Origin: Xylographa opegraphella
Taxonomy: Eukaryota
Length of the DNA: 64,000 bases
NCBI GenBank assembly: GCA_022813865.1
Contig: JALDZX010000026.1
Location: 62,001-126,000 of the forward strand
Direction: 5' to 3'
Of this stretch, positions 37,742 to 51,226 are shown one piece after another. Positions within the stretch are counted from its first letter, which is position 1; every line of letters starts with the position of its first letter. The notes under the pieces are model-generated. The model made no database searches, had not been told where the DNA came from, and worked only from the letters and a program-made list of their open reading frames with translations. The position numbers and the translations under genes are program-made.

Positions 37742-40397
37742 CTAGCGCACAAGATTGATAAACACTGTGATCTTCTCCAATTCTATCTCCTGAGTTGTGC
37801 CTACCTTCGGTGCTCCTCTAGGGGGACCTGCGATCATCTCGACGTCGATGCGGTTCACACCCGGCACAACTCGGACATCGTACAACGGACGTCTCGGATC
37901 CATATCCGCCAATTTCGAAGGAGGTGTGGGGTTGAGTCGTGTGTTATTGTTCACGACGACGAATATCTTGCTTTGACGGTGCGCTAGATGGGGTGTAATA
38001 GTTGGTGTGAAATGAAGACAATAGTGCGTGGCTGGGAGAGTAATAGTGACGGATTGCTGAGACAATGTGGGAGAGGGAGGGATATCGAGATGAAAATGTT
38101 TATCGAGTTTCAGGCCTGGGTGTGTAGCTACAGTAAGATTGGAGATGAGCGCATCGGAAGCATCTGCGAATGTAAGTTACAGGAAGGAGCTACTGTATGC
38201 AGACACATACCTTTCCCTGGTAGCCTCCAACGTGAATCGAGTGGATTACAAGTTTGGTTGTTCGGTGTGGAATGATGCATCTGGGGATGTGGACTGCCGC
38301 TAGGAAATCTGGCAGCGATGCCAGTTGGAGGAGGCATGCTTGTGGATGCATTATGAGGGCTTTGTGGGTATTCGTTTGACGTATTGCTGTTATGGCGAGC
38401 GACCGTAGCTGGAATTGCAGGGGATTGACGAAGCTGTGTCTCACTCTTTATGCCATTCGTGGCCAGCGTACCACTTGTACGATCTTGAGGCAACTGATCT
38501 GGCGTTACTAACTTGGAGACCGTTGATACGTCAGCATTTGTTGGGGATTTTGTTGACGAATCTCCACCGATAACTGCTGTATGACCGTTGGCACCAGCTT
38601 TAACGTGGTCTTGCTGGCGCTTCAAGGCTTCATTGTCTACGGCAACTCCATTGGTACTCTCAGTCGTGACCTTTGACCCCATACGAAGCATGATCTTGGG
38701 TTGAAGTTCCGGAGTGGTCTTATTAGCTGTTAATCGTAGCTTGACCTTCGGTTGTGGAGGCTCTGATACTGCTTCTTTGGCTTCATCCAGGCGACGATTG
38801 AAGTAAGCCTTTCAGGATTAGTGAGCGTTTTTCGATGGTTTGAGACAACTTACCTCCAATTGCCCTGCAAGCTCAGAGATATTGCTTCCATCTTCGTTGT
38901 AGAGACGAGCATTGTTCCAAATCTTGCTCATCTCTTCCTCGAACGACCGCCAGCTTTTGAACAAAGATACGCCGCTCGGCTTCTCTCGACCCTGAATGCC
39001 TCGGACCTGCTTCTGAACTCGTTTGAGACACTGAGGGGATTTTATGACAGAATAGTAGTCGCGTAGTTCGCGCGATGGTAAATTAATGAACGGTCCAGAG
39101 ATCAATTCGCCGCTATGACGGGCTGTTAGCGATTTCGGTGCCGCTCGACGTTGTGGTACATACTCCTCGTTCTTAAGCTCAATTAATTCTGTAACAATTT
39201 TTTCTTGCACTTGCTGAAATGTGTTGCCTTTGAAGCTCTCTCCGGCATCCGCTGCACCCAATACGAAAGGTGTTGAACTTGACGTTCGGCGACTCTGCTC
39301 CTTCTCGACTGAAGGTCCATGTAAAGTTACCAATCGCCTTGGTTTCACTTCTGGATCTTCGTGGTCCGTTTCACCATCAGCATCAGCCTCAGCATCCTCC
39401 TGCTTGGTTGAGGTAATCTTTTGAATATCATCTGGTATTGGTGTCGGAAATGACTGATAAGTAGGATCTCTGTACGCGGGGTTGACCTTCGTCATATGAT
39501 TGCTAACCATCTTGCGTATCTTCTCCGCATCCGAAAAGACTTCTGAGTTCCTTTCATTGTAGGACTTCGCATTACTAACAAGACGCTTAAGGTCGCTCTC
39601 TAAGGTCGTCAATGTGGGATATTGGCGGCGGGTCAGCTTGTCCTAAGTATTAATAGCGTTAGAAAATGATACTACTTGATTGTATCGGGAATGATGGAAC
39701 CTGATGTCCTCTAAGAAGTATCATAAAGAGGTGAAGGTAGGCTTCGCGACCAGAACTGACCTCGATAGTGTCCAATGCAACTGGTAGCAGAATTTCCTGG
39801 TAATACGCCGAGTACTTCTCCTAGAAACGAGCGTCGATTCAGCATAATTTCACCTTCAAGACGGCGGGAAGTACTTTGTCTGGCAGAGTCAAGAAATATG
39901 TAGCGATAGAGTGGTTCCTTGATATCTTGATTAGACAAGATAGACTTCGGTCAGGGATGGATAGGCTGCTACCGCTTGTCCCGAGCATTCTTGATCTGCG
40001 TTATAAAGGCTAGACCTGCTGCAGTTGTAGTCTCTGCAGTCTCTTTCTCCAAATTCTAGGTTGGTCAAACAGTCAGTGGTCGCCATGCGCAAAATCGGCA
40101 GAGCCCAAATGCAAAGCGTTGCACTGCTGGAATGAATTCGCTTGGTGGAGCTTCGCGACGAAAGGATCAAGGTGAAGTTCCTGAGGTGCCAGACGCTTCG
40201 AAGTTCGAAGTTGCTAGTTGCCCGCATCGTCCTCCCAACCTTACCATCCTTCCCCCATCGCTTCAAGAAAGCATCCTCAAAGCCGCTGCGCACACAAGCA
40301 CAGCGCATAGTTGACTTACAGGTAGTTTCCGTTTCTTTGAGTCGGGCCCATCTGCTCCAAATGCCGCTGCCGCTGCAGCTTTCCTCTTTGCGCTCAT
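37742..40397 (-). CDS. Tandem bromodomain protein (RSC/polybromo-like)
   Basis: Multi-exon with two bromodomains (YYQEI..PVALDTIE..L....Y....LESDLKRLVSNAKSYN and DYYSVIKSP...IWNNARLYNEDGS). Start MSAKRKA at 40397. Confidence 0.82.
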
Positions 40398-41281
40398 CAC
40401 TCCACTCTTCAAGTCGCGTGCGTTCTTTGCCTTATAGTTAGCGGAATGGCGGTAAGATACAACTGCGTCAAAGGATCAGACCTCTTGACTTGTGTCAATA
40501 TCCTATTTGGGTGGCGACGCGCCCATACACGATGGTAGGGATTAATCAACGGGTATAGGCCTGTCAGCGGGCGGGCGATCACGAATCCTGGTGATCCTAG
40601 TAATGGAGGCGCTCGTGAAGTTGAAGTCCGAGTAACGCAATGCGCACAGATCTACAAAACCGAAAATGAACCAAAAGCCCAGGATAGGACAATCCGGGAG
40701 CTTTGCCAGCCTTCCAACTTACATTCATCAGCAGACGCAACCTCGTTATCACTATTGATCCTCCATTGCATGCCAATTGTGTACTTTGTAATTGTCCGTG
40801 CTGGCCTCCTCGCTCCGGCCTGTCGTCTTCCTCTCCGGCTCGGTGCAACTGAAGGGCCGGTCGCGCTATGGCATTCGCAATGTTTATTCTCTCCCCGCGG
40901 TGCCCATGTGAGGCAGATTATTTCACATCACTACCTTGCTCTGTGCAGAGCACAGGATCACTGTTGTTTGCTGTATCTACGCTTGCCAACAGTAATACAA
41001 CTTTGCCCAGCTTCCACCTCTTTGCATGCGACCGTACGCTTCTGTCCAACTACGTGGGTGTTAAGCCAGGACGATCGTGACAAATTCAATCCTCTCGAGT
41101 ACGACAGCTCCATACTCGACACCAGCGGGTTGCGCGCTCAGTGCTGCGAACCTGTGGGTCATCGGTCTATTTGACGCGTCTACTGTATCCTACAATACAG
41201 TAACAGAAGTGTGCTGCCACATTGGGTGACCGTACGCTTGCCCCGCTCTTCACCGTTGATAATTGTTCTTCTCGCCGCACG

Positions 41282-41796
41282 ATGGCAACGTTAGATCATG
41301 ACCGTCGAAACAAGAGGCCCCGAATGCTCACAGAGACCGAACGAGATAAGTTGGAGGAGTTTATCGATTCGATTCACTACTCGGCAAGGTGAGTCTGCCT
41401 CCGATGCAGAGATGTCAAACGTGCCAGTCACTAACGTTGTCTGTTAAGATACTCGGATAATGAATACGAATATCGGCACGTTCAGCTCCCGAAAGCTATG
41501 CTCAAAGCAATCCCTAAAGAGTATTTTGATCCTGCGAAGGGCACATTGAAGCTTCTCTGGGAAGAAGAATGGAGAGGTCTTGGTATTACACAGGTACTAC
41601 CAGTCCTTGTCTACTAAGAATACACTCCGCTAATAATGCTATGTGTAGAGCCTAGGATGGGAGCATTACGAAGTACATGAACCAGAGCCTCACATATTGC
41701 TTTTCAAGTACGTTTGATCTCTGGGTGTGCATGCTTGGCCACTGATTGTCTCCAAGGCGTTCGATCGACTACCAGCCTCCTAGCAATCAACAATAG
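41282..41796 (+). CDS. CKS1: Cyclin-dependent kinase regulatory subunit
   Basis: Four short exons give [21 protein letters not shown]...[35 protein letters not shown]. Missed by the ORF track. Confidence 0.96.
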
Positions 41797-42121
41797 TCCC
41801 TGCTCGTTCCGATATCTTGCGCTTCATGTACGATCATAATCGAACGCAGTCTATTGAAGACTTGCATAACGACAGAGATGATGGATAGTGTGGTGGAAGT
41901 GGACTGATATTGGCACAACGCGATGGACGATGCTGTACCGAGACGGGGCGCGTGTCTTGAATCGGGACGAATGCGGCGTCAGTTGTAGCCTGTTTCCACA
42001 ACTCTAGCGAGAACCGACAGGACAAACGGTTTATCGCCCTTGAGCTTTGTCTGGTACTTTCACATCTTGCTAATCTAGCTAAACGTGAAATGCTGCGGCT
42101 TCAGAATAGCAGCAGTGGCTA

Positions 42122-42977
42122 TCAGACAATGTTTTTTTCCAGCCACTCTTCCCATTGCTGTGGAGTGAAGCTACTCGAGATACTGTTCTCAACAATACCC
42201 TAACCTAGAATTCAACGATGTGTATCAAAGCAATTCAGCACAAACTTACATTGAACAAAACGGTCGGCGTCACATGTACGCCAGTCATGCGATTGGACTT
42301 TCATATTGTCAGTGCAAAGCCGGATGCATGATCAACACTTCCCTACCTTTACCATCAGCTTCACATCATCGGTCACTTTATTACCAACGTTCAGCGATCC
42401 ATCGTCCCCAGGCTTGTCTGGAACTTCCAAGATATCGAAAACTTTGTGTTCCTCAAGTCCTGTGGTCCCTGCCAGTTTCGCCAACCGTTTGTAAGTCTGG
42501 TTCCGTGATTCGTGAACAACATTTACATCAAAATACTCGTTTTGGTGTTTGAACAATGCGTCACTGAATTCATAGAACTTGTTCGGCGCAAGTCGAAGAA
42601 CTGCGGTGGCTGCCTCATGAACCAATGTCGATGATGGATGCCACGGCTGAATCTGCTGGCGCAGGATGAACTGCACTTTTGCAGGATACTTCTCTTTCAC
42701 AAGGGGAAAAACAGAGGCATATAGAGTATTGAACATCTTGGCCGAGAACTAAGGATCATATTAATCATCACTGCGTTGATTGGAGGGACTGGTTAGAATT
42801 TACGGGGCAAACATAGTCGAGGTCTGTGACAGAATCGTCAACCAAATGGGAGTCCCCATGTTTCAGATGAAGCTATGTTGAAATGGAGGATTGCTTACAT
42901 AGCTCGAGCGTATGGATTGCTTTGGGAGATACACCGACAGACAAGGCTTGACCTCCAAATCTAGGTGCTAAGGCCAT
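42122..42977 (-). CDS. Thioredoxin-fold (DsbA-like) protein with CxxS motif
   Basis: Multi-exon. MALAPRF, HTLELYLDYVCPFSAK, IQPWHPSS, GVHVTPTVLFNG. Confidence 0.8.
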
Positions 42978-43297
42978 AATTGCGAGATGTTCCTGATACG
43001 CCGGCGACGAAGATAGAAATTGGGTCGAACTCACGGTCTTTCACGTAGTAATAAGTCGTCCTAAAGACTGAACATATCCGGAGTTACTCGGCTCGCTCGG
43101 CTACGTTCGGCTAGGATATGACTGCCTCGGCTAGGTCCTTCAGCTGAGCACGGCGTCATTTCCTTCTCTATACTCCGTTTTACCGAGGACCAAACGATTC
43201 GTTATAATCCTCATGATGACACTTTGAACATGCGTACAACTCCGATGCTGAATGGCTAGCGAGTTCACCATTCCGAGCATCTCGCCGGTAAAAACCC

Positions 43298-43945
43298 ATG
43301 CCACCACACGATTTCTCTTTGCCCGAACTAAATCTCACTACTGTCTAGGATGATCTACTTACATTCCATGCTCGGACCTATGGCAAAATCTTCCCAGGAA
43401 GCATTCCCGACTTGAGTATAGGGTCCGCTTCCGGCGTCCTGAGCGAGGACGATGCTTCATATGAAGACACCTTAGGATATTATCCTGACGGTGTGAAACG
43501 CACTCTGACCGATGCACAAATCACGATGTTCAGACACAGCGAACTTGAGGCCGTTCGACGGGCACAAAGACACGCTCGGGAGAAAGAATCGTCTGACTTC
43601 CGGACGGTGGCACGTAGTCAGGAATTGCAAGATGGGGTCTGGGGATTGCAGGCAGTGGATGAGGAGCGTGACGAGGAGGGAGAAAATATCCCCGAAACAC
43701 ATGCCAAGGATAAAGGCTACAAGGATGTAGATGGCGAGGGAGGCGACGAGATAGAAGAGGATGACGAGGAGGAGTATGCACGATTCCTGGAGGCAGAGCG
43801 AAGAGAGATGGAACTCGTCTCTGCGAGCCGGGTAGCAAAGGTCAAGAATCAGAAATCCCAGAATGGAAAGGCTTCGACAAGAAGAATCGTGCGGGAGCTC
43901 GACGAGATCCGCAGTGGCAGGGATGCTCTTGATTATGGAGACTGA
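43298..43945 (+). CDS. DUF3807-like conserved fungal protein
   Basis: LGYYPDGVKRTLTDAQITMFRHSE motif, an acidic tract and C-terminal LDYG. The 5' exon is uncertain. Confidence 0.7.
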
Positions 43946-44894
43946 GCCTACACTCCATGTCTTTTGGTTGAGGAGGGCAAGCAACGGAGGATACCGACAC
44001 ATGTTCCCAATCGAAATGTCGATGAGTTTGACAGATGGAACATTCGGTGCCCTGATCATCAGGACTCGAGAATTCTCAACGATTGAGCAACAACCACTAT
44101 AATCAACTTCTGCCACAGAGAAGACAGTGATGCAGAAGACCGAAGTAAGTGATACCATCTCCTGAACCCATCTTTTCATAATGATGAAACCCAATTATCG
44201 TCATCCTTAGTCGTACATCTCACCCTGCCATACAGCCTTTGATGCGTTTTGAATTTCACTCGAAGCAATCAGGGTGGCAGTGGGGGACCATGGCGAATAG
44301 CATAATCTTCTCTCTGAAAACAATTGCATTCGTTACTAAGAGCTTTGTATTCGGGTTAGTTCAATAGGCTAATCTATATCAAGAAGTATAGGTTCCACCA
44401 TCCTAGCAACAATTTGTGCCGACGCTGCAGACAGACGTTCTTATATATCTCGCAGTTAGAGTGCGAGTACCCATCATTATAAAATACTTCAATCCGTCGA
44501 AGGCAACTGTCAGGGTGAAGTGCCTAATATCTCACCACCGCTATGTAATGTGCGTATTGCTTTATAGTAAGTTGCCATTTTCCGAGACTATGCTGTAGCT
44601 GTAACCCTTCGTCTTGGTGACCTGTAGCTATTTAGAGTTGGAGACAAGACGATGAAAGTCAGCATCCGGAATGGTTAGGTCGCGTCGCCAGGAAATGTTA
44701 CGTTTGACAATGCTTCGGCTATCAACCTTTGAGCCTTAAATTCCAATAGCAAACACCTTATCCTCTGAGCGCGAGCAAGGTTCTCTAGTGTATACCTATA
44801 TATACTGTTGTTGTTTTTTTTATCGATAGACGTCGCCCGATCTTCTCTGCCGGTGTGACTCTTTTCATCTCATTTTGTATCAACTAAGACTGGA

Positions 44895-46088
44895 TCATGA
44901 GTCGACTCTATTCTTGCGTAGACTCACAGTCCGTCTTGTTAACCGGTTACTCAATCTCCGTCCCGTGGTATTGCTGCGTCTCATGTCATTCTCCCATTCG
45001 CCATAGCTTTGTCCGTTGCTGACAGGTCGCTGGTTGCCATCCGAACTTTGGGGACGGGTTGTCATTTCAATTTCGGAATTACCATCCGACACGACTCGTC
45101 GATGCTTCTTATGCTCCTTGAGTGCTTTCTCGATTGAGTAAGAAGGTTCTCCCTTCCCCTTGAGATCTTCCGGCAGATATTTCTGGCTTCCATCAGACAT
45201 ATATTTCTGTCGGTCTGGTCGACTTACCACTCCTGGCCAGCGTCTGAAGTTGCCCTCCTCGATCATCAAGTCCGCACCCTCCTGGTAATGCAATGTTCGC
45301 CCGGTACTATCAGCAATCCCCGGCGGTGTTATTGCAACGCCGTCAAGAGGGCGGTGCCGCTCAATACTGTCAATAACCTTCTCACGGGGCGTGGCTCTCA
45401 ACGCCTCTTCATTGGTACTGCTAACCGCTTCTACCGGGCTGGTAAGGAAAGAGGTATTCCTTGCGAGCAAAGTTGCGTCAAAGGGACCATCATGGTGGTA
45501 TTTGCCGCCTACACTGTCCAGTTGGTCGATCGAGTCCGACCCAACGAAATGCTGCTTGCGAAGGTGTGGAGCTCGATCCGCGAGCTTTTTCTCACGCTTC
45601 AAAATGTCGAGCGGTCGATGCGATTCATCTCCAGGAAATCGAGAGGTAAGCGAAGCACCTCTGTTCCTGCCAACGACAGTAGATGCTGCGGATGAAGTGG
45701 GAATCTCCGTAGATGGTCTTTGAAGACTGTTCCGTCGTGCAGGGGCATCATTGTGCTGCCCATTGTAAATCTCTTGACGTTGTGGGAATTGCGTCTGACG
45801 CGAACTGATGGATGCTGGTGGTGATGGATAGCCAGCCTCACGGACGTTCGCGGAGACACTTTTCTTATCATCCGCGATACGTGAAGATGATTTCCGTGAG
45901 GTATTGGGAGCGAAGGTAGACCTATAGTGGGTGCCTGGACCAGTCTCTTCACTTGGGGCTGGTGCATTAAGGGGATCAAGAAGGTATTTCGATGCCTAGA
46001 AAAAGGGTCGTGAGCAATTCCAATCTTAAGACCATTGAAGAGCTCTTTCACTGTAGCTCACCCATTGCTTATCTTCGGAAGTCTCCAT
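44895..46088 (-). CDS. Pal1 cell-morphology family protein
   Basis: DSIDQLD..GGKYHHDGPFDA motif, RHRPLDG and DLKGKGEP. Short first exon METSEDKQW. Confidence 0.82.
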
Positions 46089-46508
46089 ATCGGATCAACC
46101 TGTAGTAGACTTGACGGGCAAAAACTTATATACTCATCAGAGGGGAGTACCAAGTAAGCTAGCAGGAGGGCAATAATGTAAGATTGAAGGAGGCCTGTAT
46201 TTCTTCTGTGGTTTGTATTCTTAAGCCTTTCCTACGTATCCCCGAGGTTTCCGGCAAGGGTCAACGTCACCACGCGCCATCCTATCTGTGCCGGCGGAAG
46301 CGGCGCCAGGCAGTACTGTTAGCGTCCTATGAATTCCGTATTTAGTTAACTTAGCCGAGCTTGGTCGTAAGGTACATCGACGCCTTCCTGCTCAATCAAC
46401 GCCAAACAGGTACATTTGCACAAAGCAGCAAAGCGTGTTCCAGATGTCCATAAACGAGCTGTGATCATTCTTGTGGGAGAGCGCTTTCCAATGGGATGAA
46501 TATTGACA

Positions 46509-47596
46509 ATGTCACTCGTAGAATACTCTGACTCGGAGGCTTCCGAGAACGAAGAGACTCACGAGATCGAAGTTAAAGGATTTCACGGCGGAAGCAAAAG
46601 TGCTTCGCAGAAAGATTTGAAGAGAAAAAGTTGTGGGGGCCTTACGAATGATCTTCCACCACTCCCAGATGCATTTCACGATCTCTACGCTAGCAATTCC
46701 AGAGTCAGTACGCAGGACGATCCTACCCTTCATGGAGGACGTCAAAGAGGGGCACCACATGTGGATGGGCAATGGCCAAGTCATATCTATATCGAGTGTA
46801 TGTTTTCCGGTTTTTTGTTTCGCCTTCGAGATATGGTGTGCCTGACTGACGTGCTCGAGGGTATCCGACGTCTGCAGAGTCAAGTAAACTGGCAACCCTG
46901 ATAGATAAGGTGAGCGAAGAAGTTTTTGACGGCGATCCAAAGCTTCAGAGCCTGCTGCAGAGCGACCTTGGTGCCGAGTTACCGCTGCACATCAGTCTCT
47001 CAAGATCCTTGATGCTCTCGACCAACGAACGTCAGCCATTCCTGGATACTTTCAAGCACTTCCTTGACATGTCAACCGTACGACCGTGTGTTCTCATTTC
47101 TTTTGGTAACGGATGTACTTGACTTACACTCTGTAGGTTTGAGGTAGGCGTGTCTGGTGTGCATTGGGGTACGAATTACGAGAAAATCAGAAGTTTTCTA
47201 GTTTTGCAGCTTGTGAGACCAGACCAGAACGCACTTAATACGCTGTTGTGGGCTTCGAATGAGACTGCTAAGGCATTTGACAAACCAACTATTTACGTCA
47301 AGCCGAGAATGGAGTCAGCAGAAGCCCGTCAACGTGGGAGGGGAATCCGAGGGCGTTACACCGTAAGCAGGGTGAATGATATCCAAGACTGCACCCCTTG
47401 TTTTCACGTCAGTATTGCCTGGAGCCATGGGTCTGTCTCAAACGACGTTAGCGCAGGTATCAGATCCAAATACTTTCCAGATGTCAAGGAGCTTTCAATA
47501 TCGGTGAAGGCCGTGAAGGTGAAGATTGGTAATACAGTTACATCACTACCCTTCTCGGCGAATGCGATTGACACTGCTGGTATTATAGGAGCTTAA
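46509..47596 (+). CDS. USB1: U6 snRNA phosphodiesterase (2H family)
   Basis: MSLVEYSDSE, HGGRQR..PHVDGQWPSHIYIE and two HxS motifs (LHISLS, FHVSIAW). Two introns. Confidence 0.9.
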
Positions 47597-47706
47597 AATC
47601 CGCAAGACATTGAAAGCTTGTCTATGCACAAGTAGATCACAGGTTGGAAACCAATCCGCAAATCTTCATCTTAGATTCGACTGCTTCATTCTACATATTA
47701 GTCTCT

Positions 47707-49575
47707 TTATCTATCTTGAAGCGCCTTATGGTCTAGATACTCCTGCAGCACACCCTTCAGATCGTCCGCGACACAGGGCGTCCAAAAGTCCCCGACCCCT
47801 GTCTTTCGATGACTCTTTACTCCCATCTCCGCAAGCAGCGCATCCGTGTAAGGTATCAGATCATAGTAGAGCCAATGCCCGAGCTCCCCCTTGGTCAGAT
47901 ACCGTCGTCGGCACCACGCCACCCCCAATGCGACTTCTTCTTCCATATGCGCTCGTGAGGGCTTACGCAGAACTCCGTCCAGGTAAGCAGTTGCCCAGAG
48001 AGCTTGAACTTCTGCCGCGCGGAAATTGTTCCCAACAGCGATGTGGCCGAGGAATAGTATGTCGTGGTAAGCAGGATGCGTGGACAGCATGTGTTTGTAG
48101 AGCCGAAACGGGGAAGAGGTTGGAGGAGACGAGTGGTAATGGGGTGGATTCCGGAGACGGGGAAAGCGGGTCAGGATTTCTTGATCGGCGGCTGCATCTA
48201 GGTCTTGCCATTCAGGCTTTGCTGTGACATCTGTCGAGACTGGAAGACCGAGATCACGGGCCAGAGACGGGTCGACGAATGAATGATACGAAGGCCGCCA
48301 TCCAGTTGCGCAAATCAGCGTGTCTACTTCGATCTTGTCCTTGGTCAAGACAATACTGCTACCATCGAACTTGACTATGTCTTGCCGATAGACCTTTACT
48401 TTCTCGGCTATGACGTCCCATAAATCTGGTCGTTGATTGACGCCTGTACTGTCGTTTTGCCAGAATATTCTAAGGCTGTCAGCTTTACATTGGATTATCA
48501 TATATCTTGACCTTACGGAGTATCGGGCTTCAGATTCGCAAAGCCATTTTTCTCGCCGTGCCTACCATCGTAATCTGCCGCTCGTCTGGCATCTGCGTCA
48601 ATCTTTCCCCAGATCTGATCCACAAGTCTCCGGCCAACAGCAGTTCCATGCAGTAAGTGTTCTATCCAGCCGCTTGGCATCCACACAGACGGGCTTAGAC
48701 TTGCCGTCAAGCGTGTGTAGAGCAACTCGTTCGAATTCTTGTATGGCCCGATTCCCTGCGCCGAAGCAAAAGCTGCTGGCCCGCTACCACTCGCTCGAAT
48801 GATCCATGATACTGCTTTACCACCTTTTGCACACGCATAGGCAATGTCGGCTGCTGATTTGGCGCCACCAAGAACAGCAACGCGTTTGACTCGAGAATTA
48901 GCGAGAATTGAGGAGCTCCCAAAATCCTTATGGTGAAGAATAGTGCCAGTGAATGAGCCGTGTCCTGGTAAGTTAGGGATGTTGGGCTGTGATGTTAAAC
49001 CCGCTGCTACAATCAATCTGCTTGTAGATAAGCCTTGATTGTCAGAAATTATGATATGCCAGCCGCCTTCCTTAATTTTTTGGATCGCCTGTACAGGACT
49101 GTTGAACTTAATTCTCTGCCTTAAAGACTTTTCCGAGTAGATTTTGCTATCTACAAAACTTTCGAGATACTGAGCAACATATTTGGCAGGGAAGAAATTG
49201 TAATACGTCTCGTCATCCATCAGGCAAGGTTGCATAGGAAAATCAGAGAAACATGCCATATCTAGCGGAGTTTGAGTCCAAAAAGCTGCGAAACAAAAGC
49301 AAAATGATACTATCAGCGGATGTCAAGTAAAATATGCTTCCTCACAATTACCATCGTACATGCGCTCAGAACTCCAAACACCACCAAGACAGGGACGGGC
49401 CTCCAAGATCACCAAGCGAGCCTCAGGATGTACTTTGAGCCATGTGTTGGCGAAAGCCAGGCCATAAAGACCTGAAGGATACTTTAGCAAGATACTTGCT
49501 TGCCCAGCATGTTGATATCTTGCCGGCTCCGACGATGACCACGTCGTAATGGGTTTCATATGCGGTTTTGTTCAT
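47707..49575 (-). CDS. Flavin-containing monooxygenase (FMO/BVMO-like class B)
   Basis: DVVIVGAGLYG across a GC-AG intron, GGVW, FTGTILHHKDF, VLGGAKSAAD and DTLICATGW. Confidence 0.9.
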
Positions 49576-50081
49576 ACTGTCTAGCACGGCATACTAATAA
49601 GAGGCTACAAATTCGATCTGAACAAAATATTGAGGGACGTATAGTTAATTTGATGTGAATGCAGATATCGTATCGATGTCAGATTATAATGTACAATAGT
49701 TATTCATACTACAAGCGCTGAATCACATAGATTATATGAGACGATGATCCAGACTGAAGCACTGTATCTTAGACGGATCTTAAAGTAGACTAGAGCAAGG
49801 TCAAATGCAAGGTCAAACCCTGAGATGATGACCTTACCTAAGGTATACAGTACTGGTACGGCTAGACTTTAAGAGGACAAGCAACTTCCCCGGAGCGGAA
49901 CATCACTAATCACCGAACGTGGGTGCTACCCCACATCTACACCATAATCAACATTACTCAATGATTTGACCAACGGACATAGTTGTAAGTAATAATAAAG
50001 CTCTTGTTTCACAGCCCTGAGTAACCATTCTAGTTCTTCAAACTATCCGATACTGAGCAAGATCTCCAATCTTTGCTTTCT

Positions 50082-50563
50082 ATGGCTAACTCCGCACGAT
50101 CCGTTATCTACATCCTGTACAACGCCAATGCCAATCTCATAGGAAAACTCGATTACGCCGTTAAGAAATTCCGAGCATCGCCCGAAAATAGCCCTTGCTC
50201 GGCCTGCGACCTCACGCATGGTGGTCTACGATTGACAGAAACGAAAGACTGGACTGCAACGAAAGAGAAGATTCCGGCAACTGTGAAGCAGCTACATCGA
50301 GACGAGCTGAGTGAGGAGGTATTCATACCCGCTCTACGTTGAAACCATATAAATGCATGGGTCTAATATCTACGTAGCTTCTCACGTTTGTTTCTCAGAA
50401 CGGATTGAAGTATCCTGTGGTGCTTGGCCAACCACCATCTGGAGCTTTTCAAGTTTTATTGACATCGGAGGACCTCTCAGAGGTCTCCAAGGATCATACT
50501 GCCTTTCTTTCGTTGCTTTTCAATAGGGCCGAAGAGAAGAATGTTCCACTAACCAAGCTTTGA
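50082..50563 (+). CDS. Small (140 aa) hypothetical protein with CxxC (CSACDLTHG)
   Basis: Exons 50082-50318 and 50378-50563 (GT..ctaat..TAG intron). Motifs IYILYNANA, CSACDLTHG, QLHRDE and YPVVL. Confidence 0.75.
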
Positions 50564-50572
50564 AACCCCAAA

Positions 50573-51226
50573 ATGTTTGACATCGCTCTGCGTCAGTGGA
50601 AGGATCAATTGGTCGATCCCCTTGTTCGCCAATTACCGGAATGGATTACACCTGCAAGGGTTACACTTGCAGCTCTGAACGCTGGATTGATAGCATGCTT
50701 ACTGGCCTCTGTCCCTATGTACAGGCGCTGGTCTTTGGGCTTTTGGGCTCTTAATCGCCTCCTAGACTGCTTCGATGGATCTATCGCACGTTCGAGAGGT
50801 GCCGCTACCGAACTTGGTGGGTTCTTGGACCTGCTTGGAGATTTTATCGTATACTCCTTGCTACCAATTTTCATAGGCATAGGGCAGGAACGGCTCACGG
50901 CTGCTTCCATCGGTTGGGTTGCGGTAGCTACACTCGAAGCCAGCTTTCACATCAACAACTTCATCTTGTTCTACATAGCTGCCGTGGCCTCTAAGCGAAA
51001 AGATGGAGAGTTAACCAGCATCACCATGACTCCAGCTCTCGTTGAAGGGTTCGAGGCCGGTCTATGTTTCACTATCATGCTCATATGGCCTAGCATGATT
51101 ACTCTTTGGAGTTGGCTGATGTCTTTAGCGGTGGCGATTGGCATCGTCCAGCGTGTGCGGGTTCTGATGCCAGTATTGCAGAGACTCGATGGAGCAGGAA
51201 GGAAAGCTTCAATGAAGAGTCAATAG
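50573..51226 (+). CDS. CDP-alcohol phosphatidyltransferase family membrane protein
   Basis: Full signature D-x2-DG-x2-AR-x8-G-x3-D-x3-D (LDCFDGSIARSRGAATELGGFLDLLGD). Intronless, multiple TM segments. Confidence 0.93.
   Translation: MFDIALRQWKDQLVDPLVRQLPEWITPARVTLAALNAGLIACLLASVPMYRRWSLGFWALNRLLDCFDGSIARSRGAATELGGFLDLLGDFIVYSLLPIFIGIGQERLTAASIGWVAVATLEASFHINNFILFYIAAVASKRKDGELTSITMTPALVEGFEAGLCFTIMLIWPSMITLWSWLMSLAVAIGIVQRVRVLMPVLQRLDGAGRKASMKSQ

Noticed and set aside
50561..50563. Selenocysteine recoding of the in-frame TGA
   Set aside because: Dikarya are not known to have Sec machinery, the codon is in a linker rather than the CxxC motif, and I recognised no SECIS.
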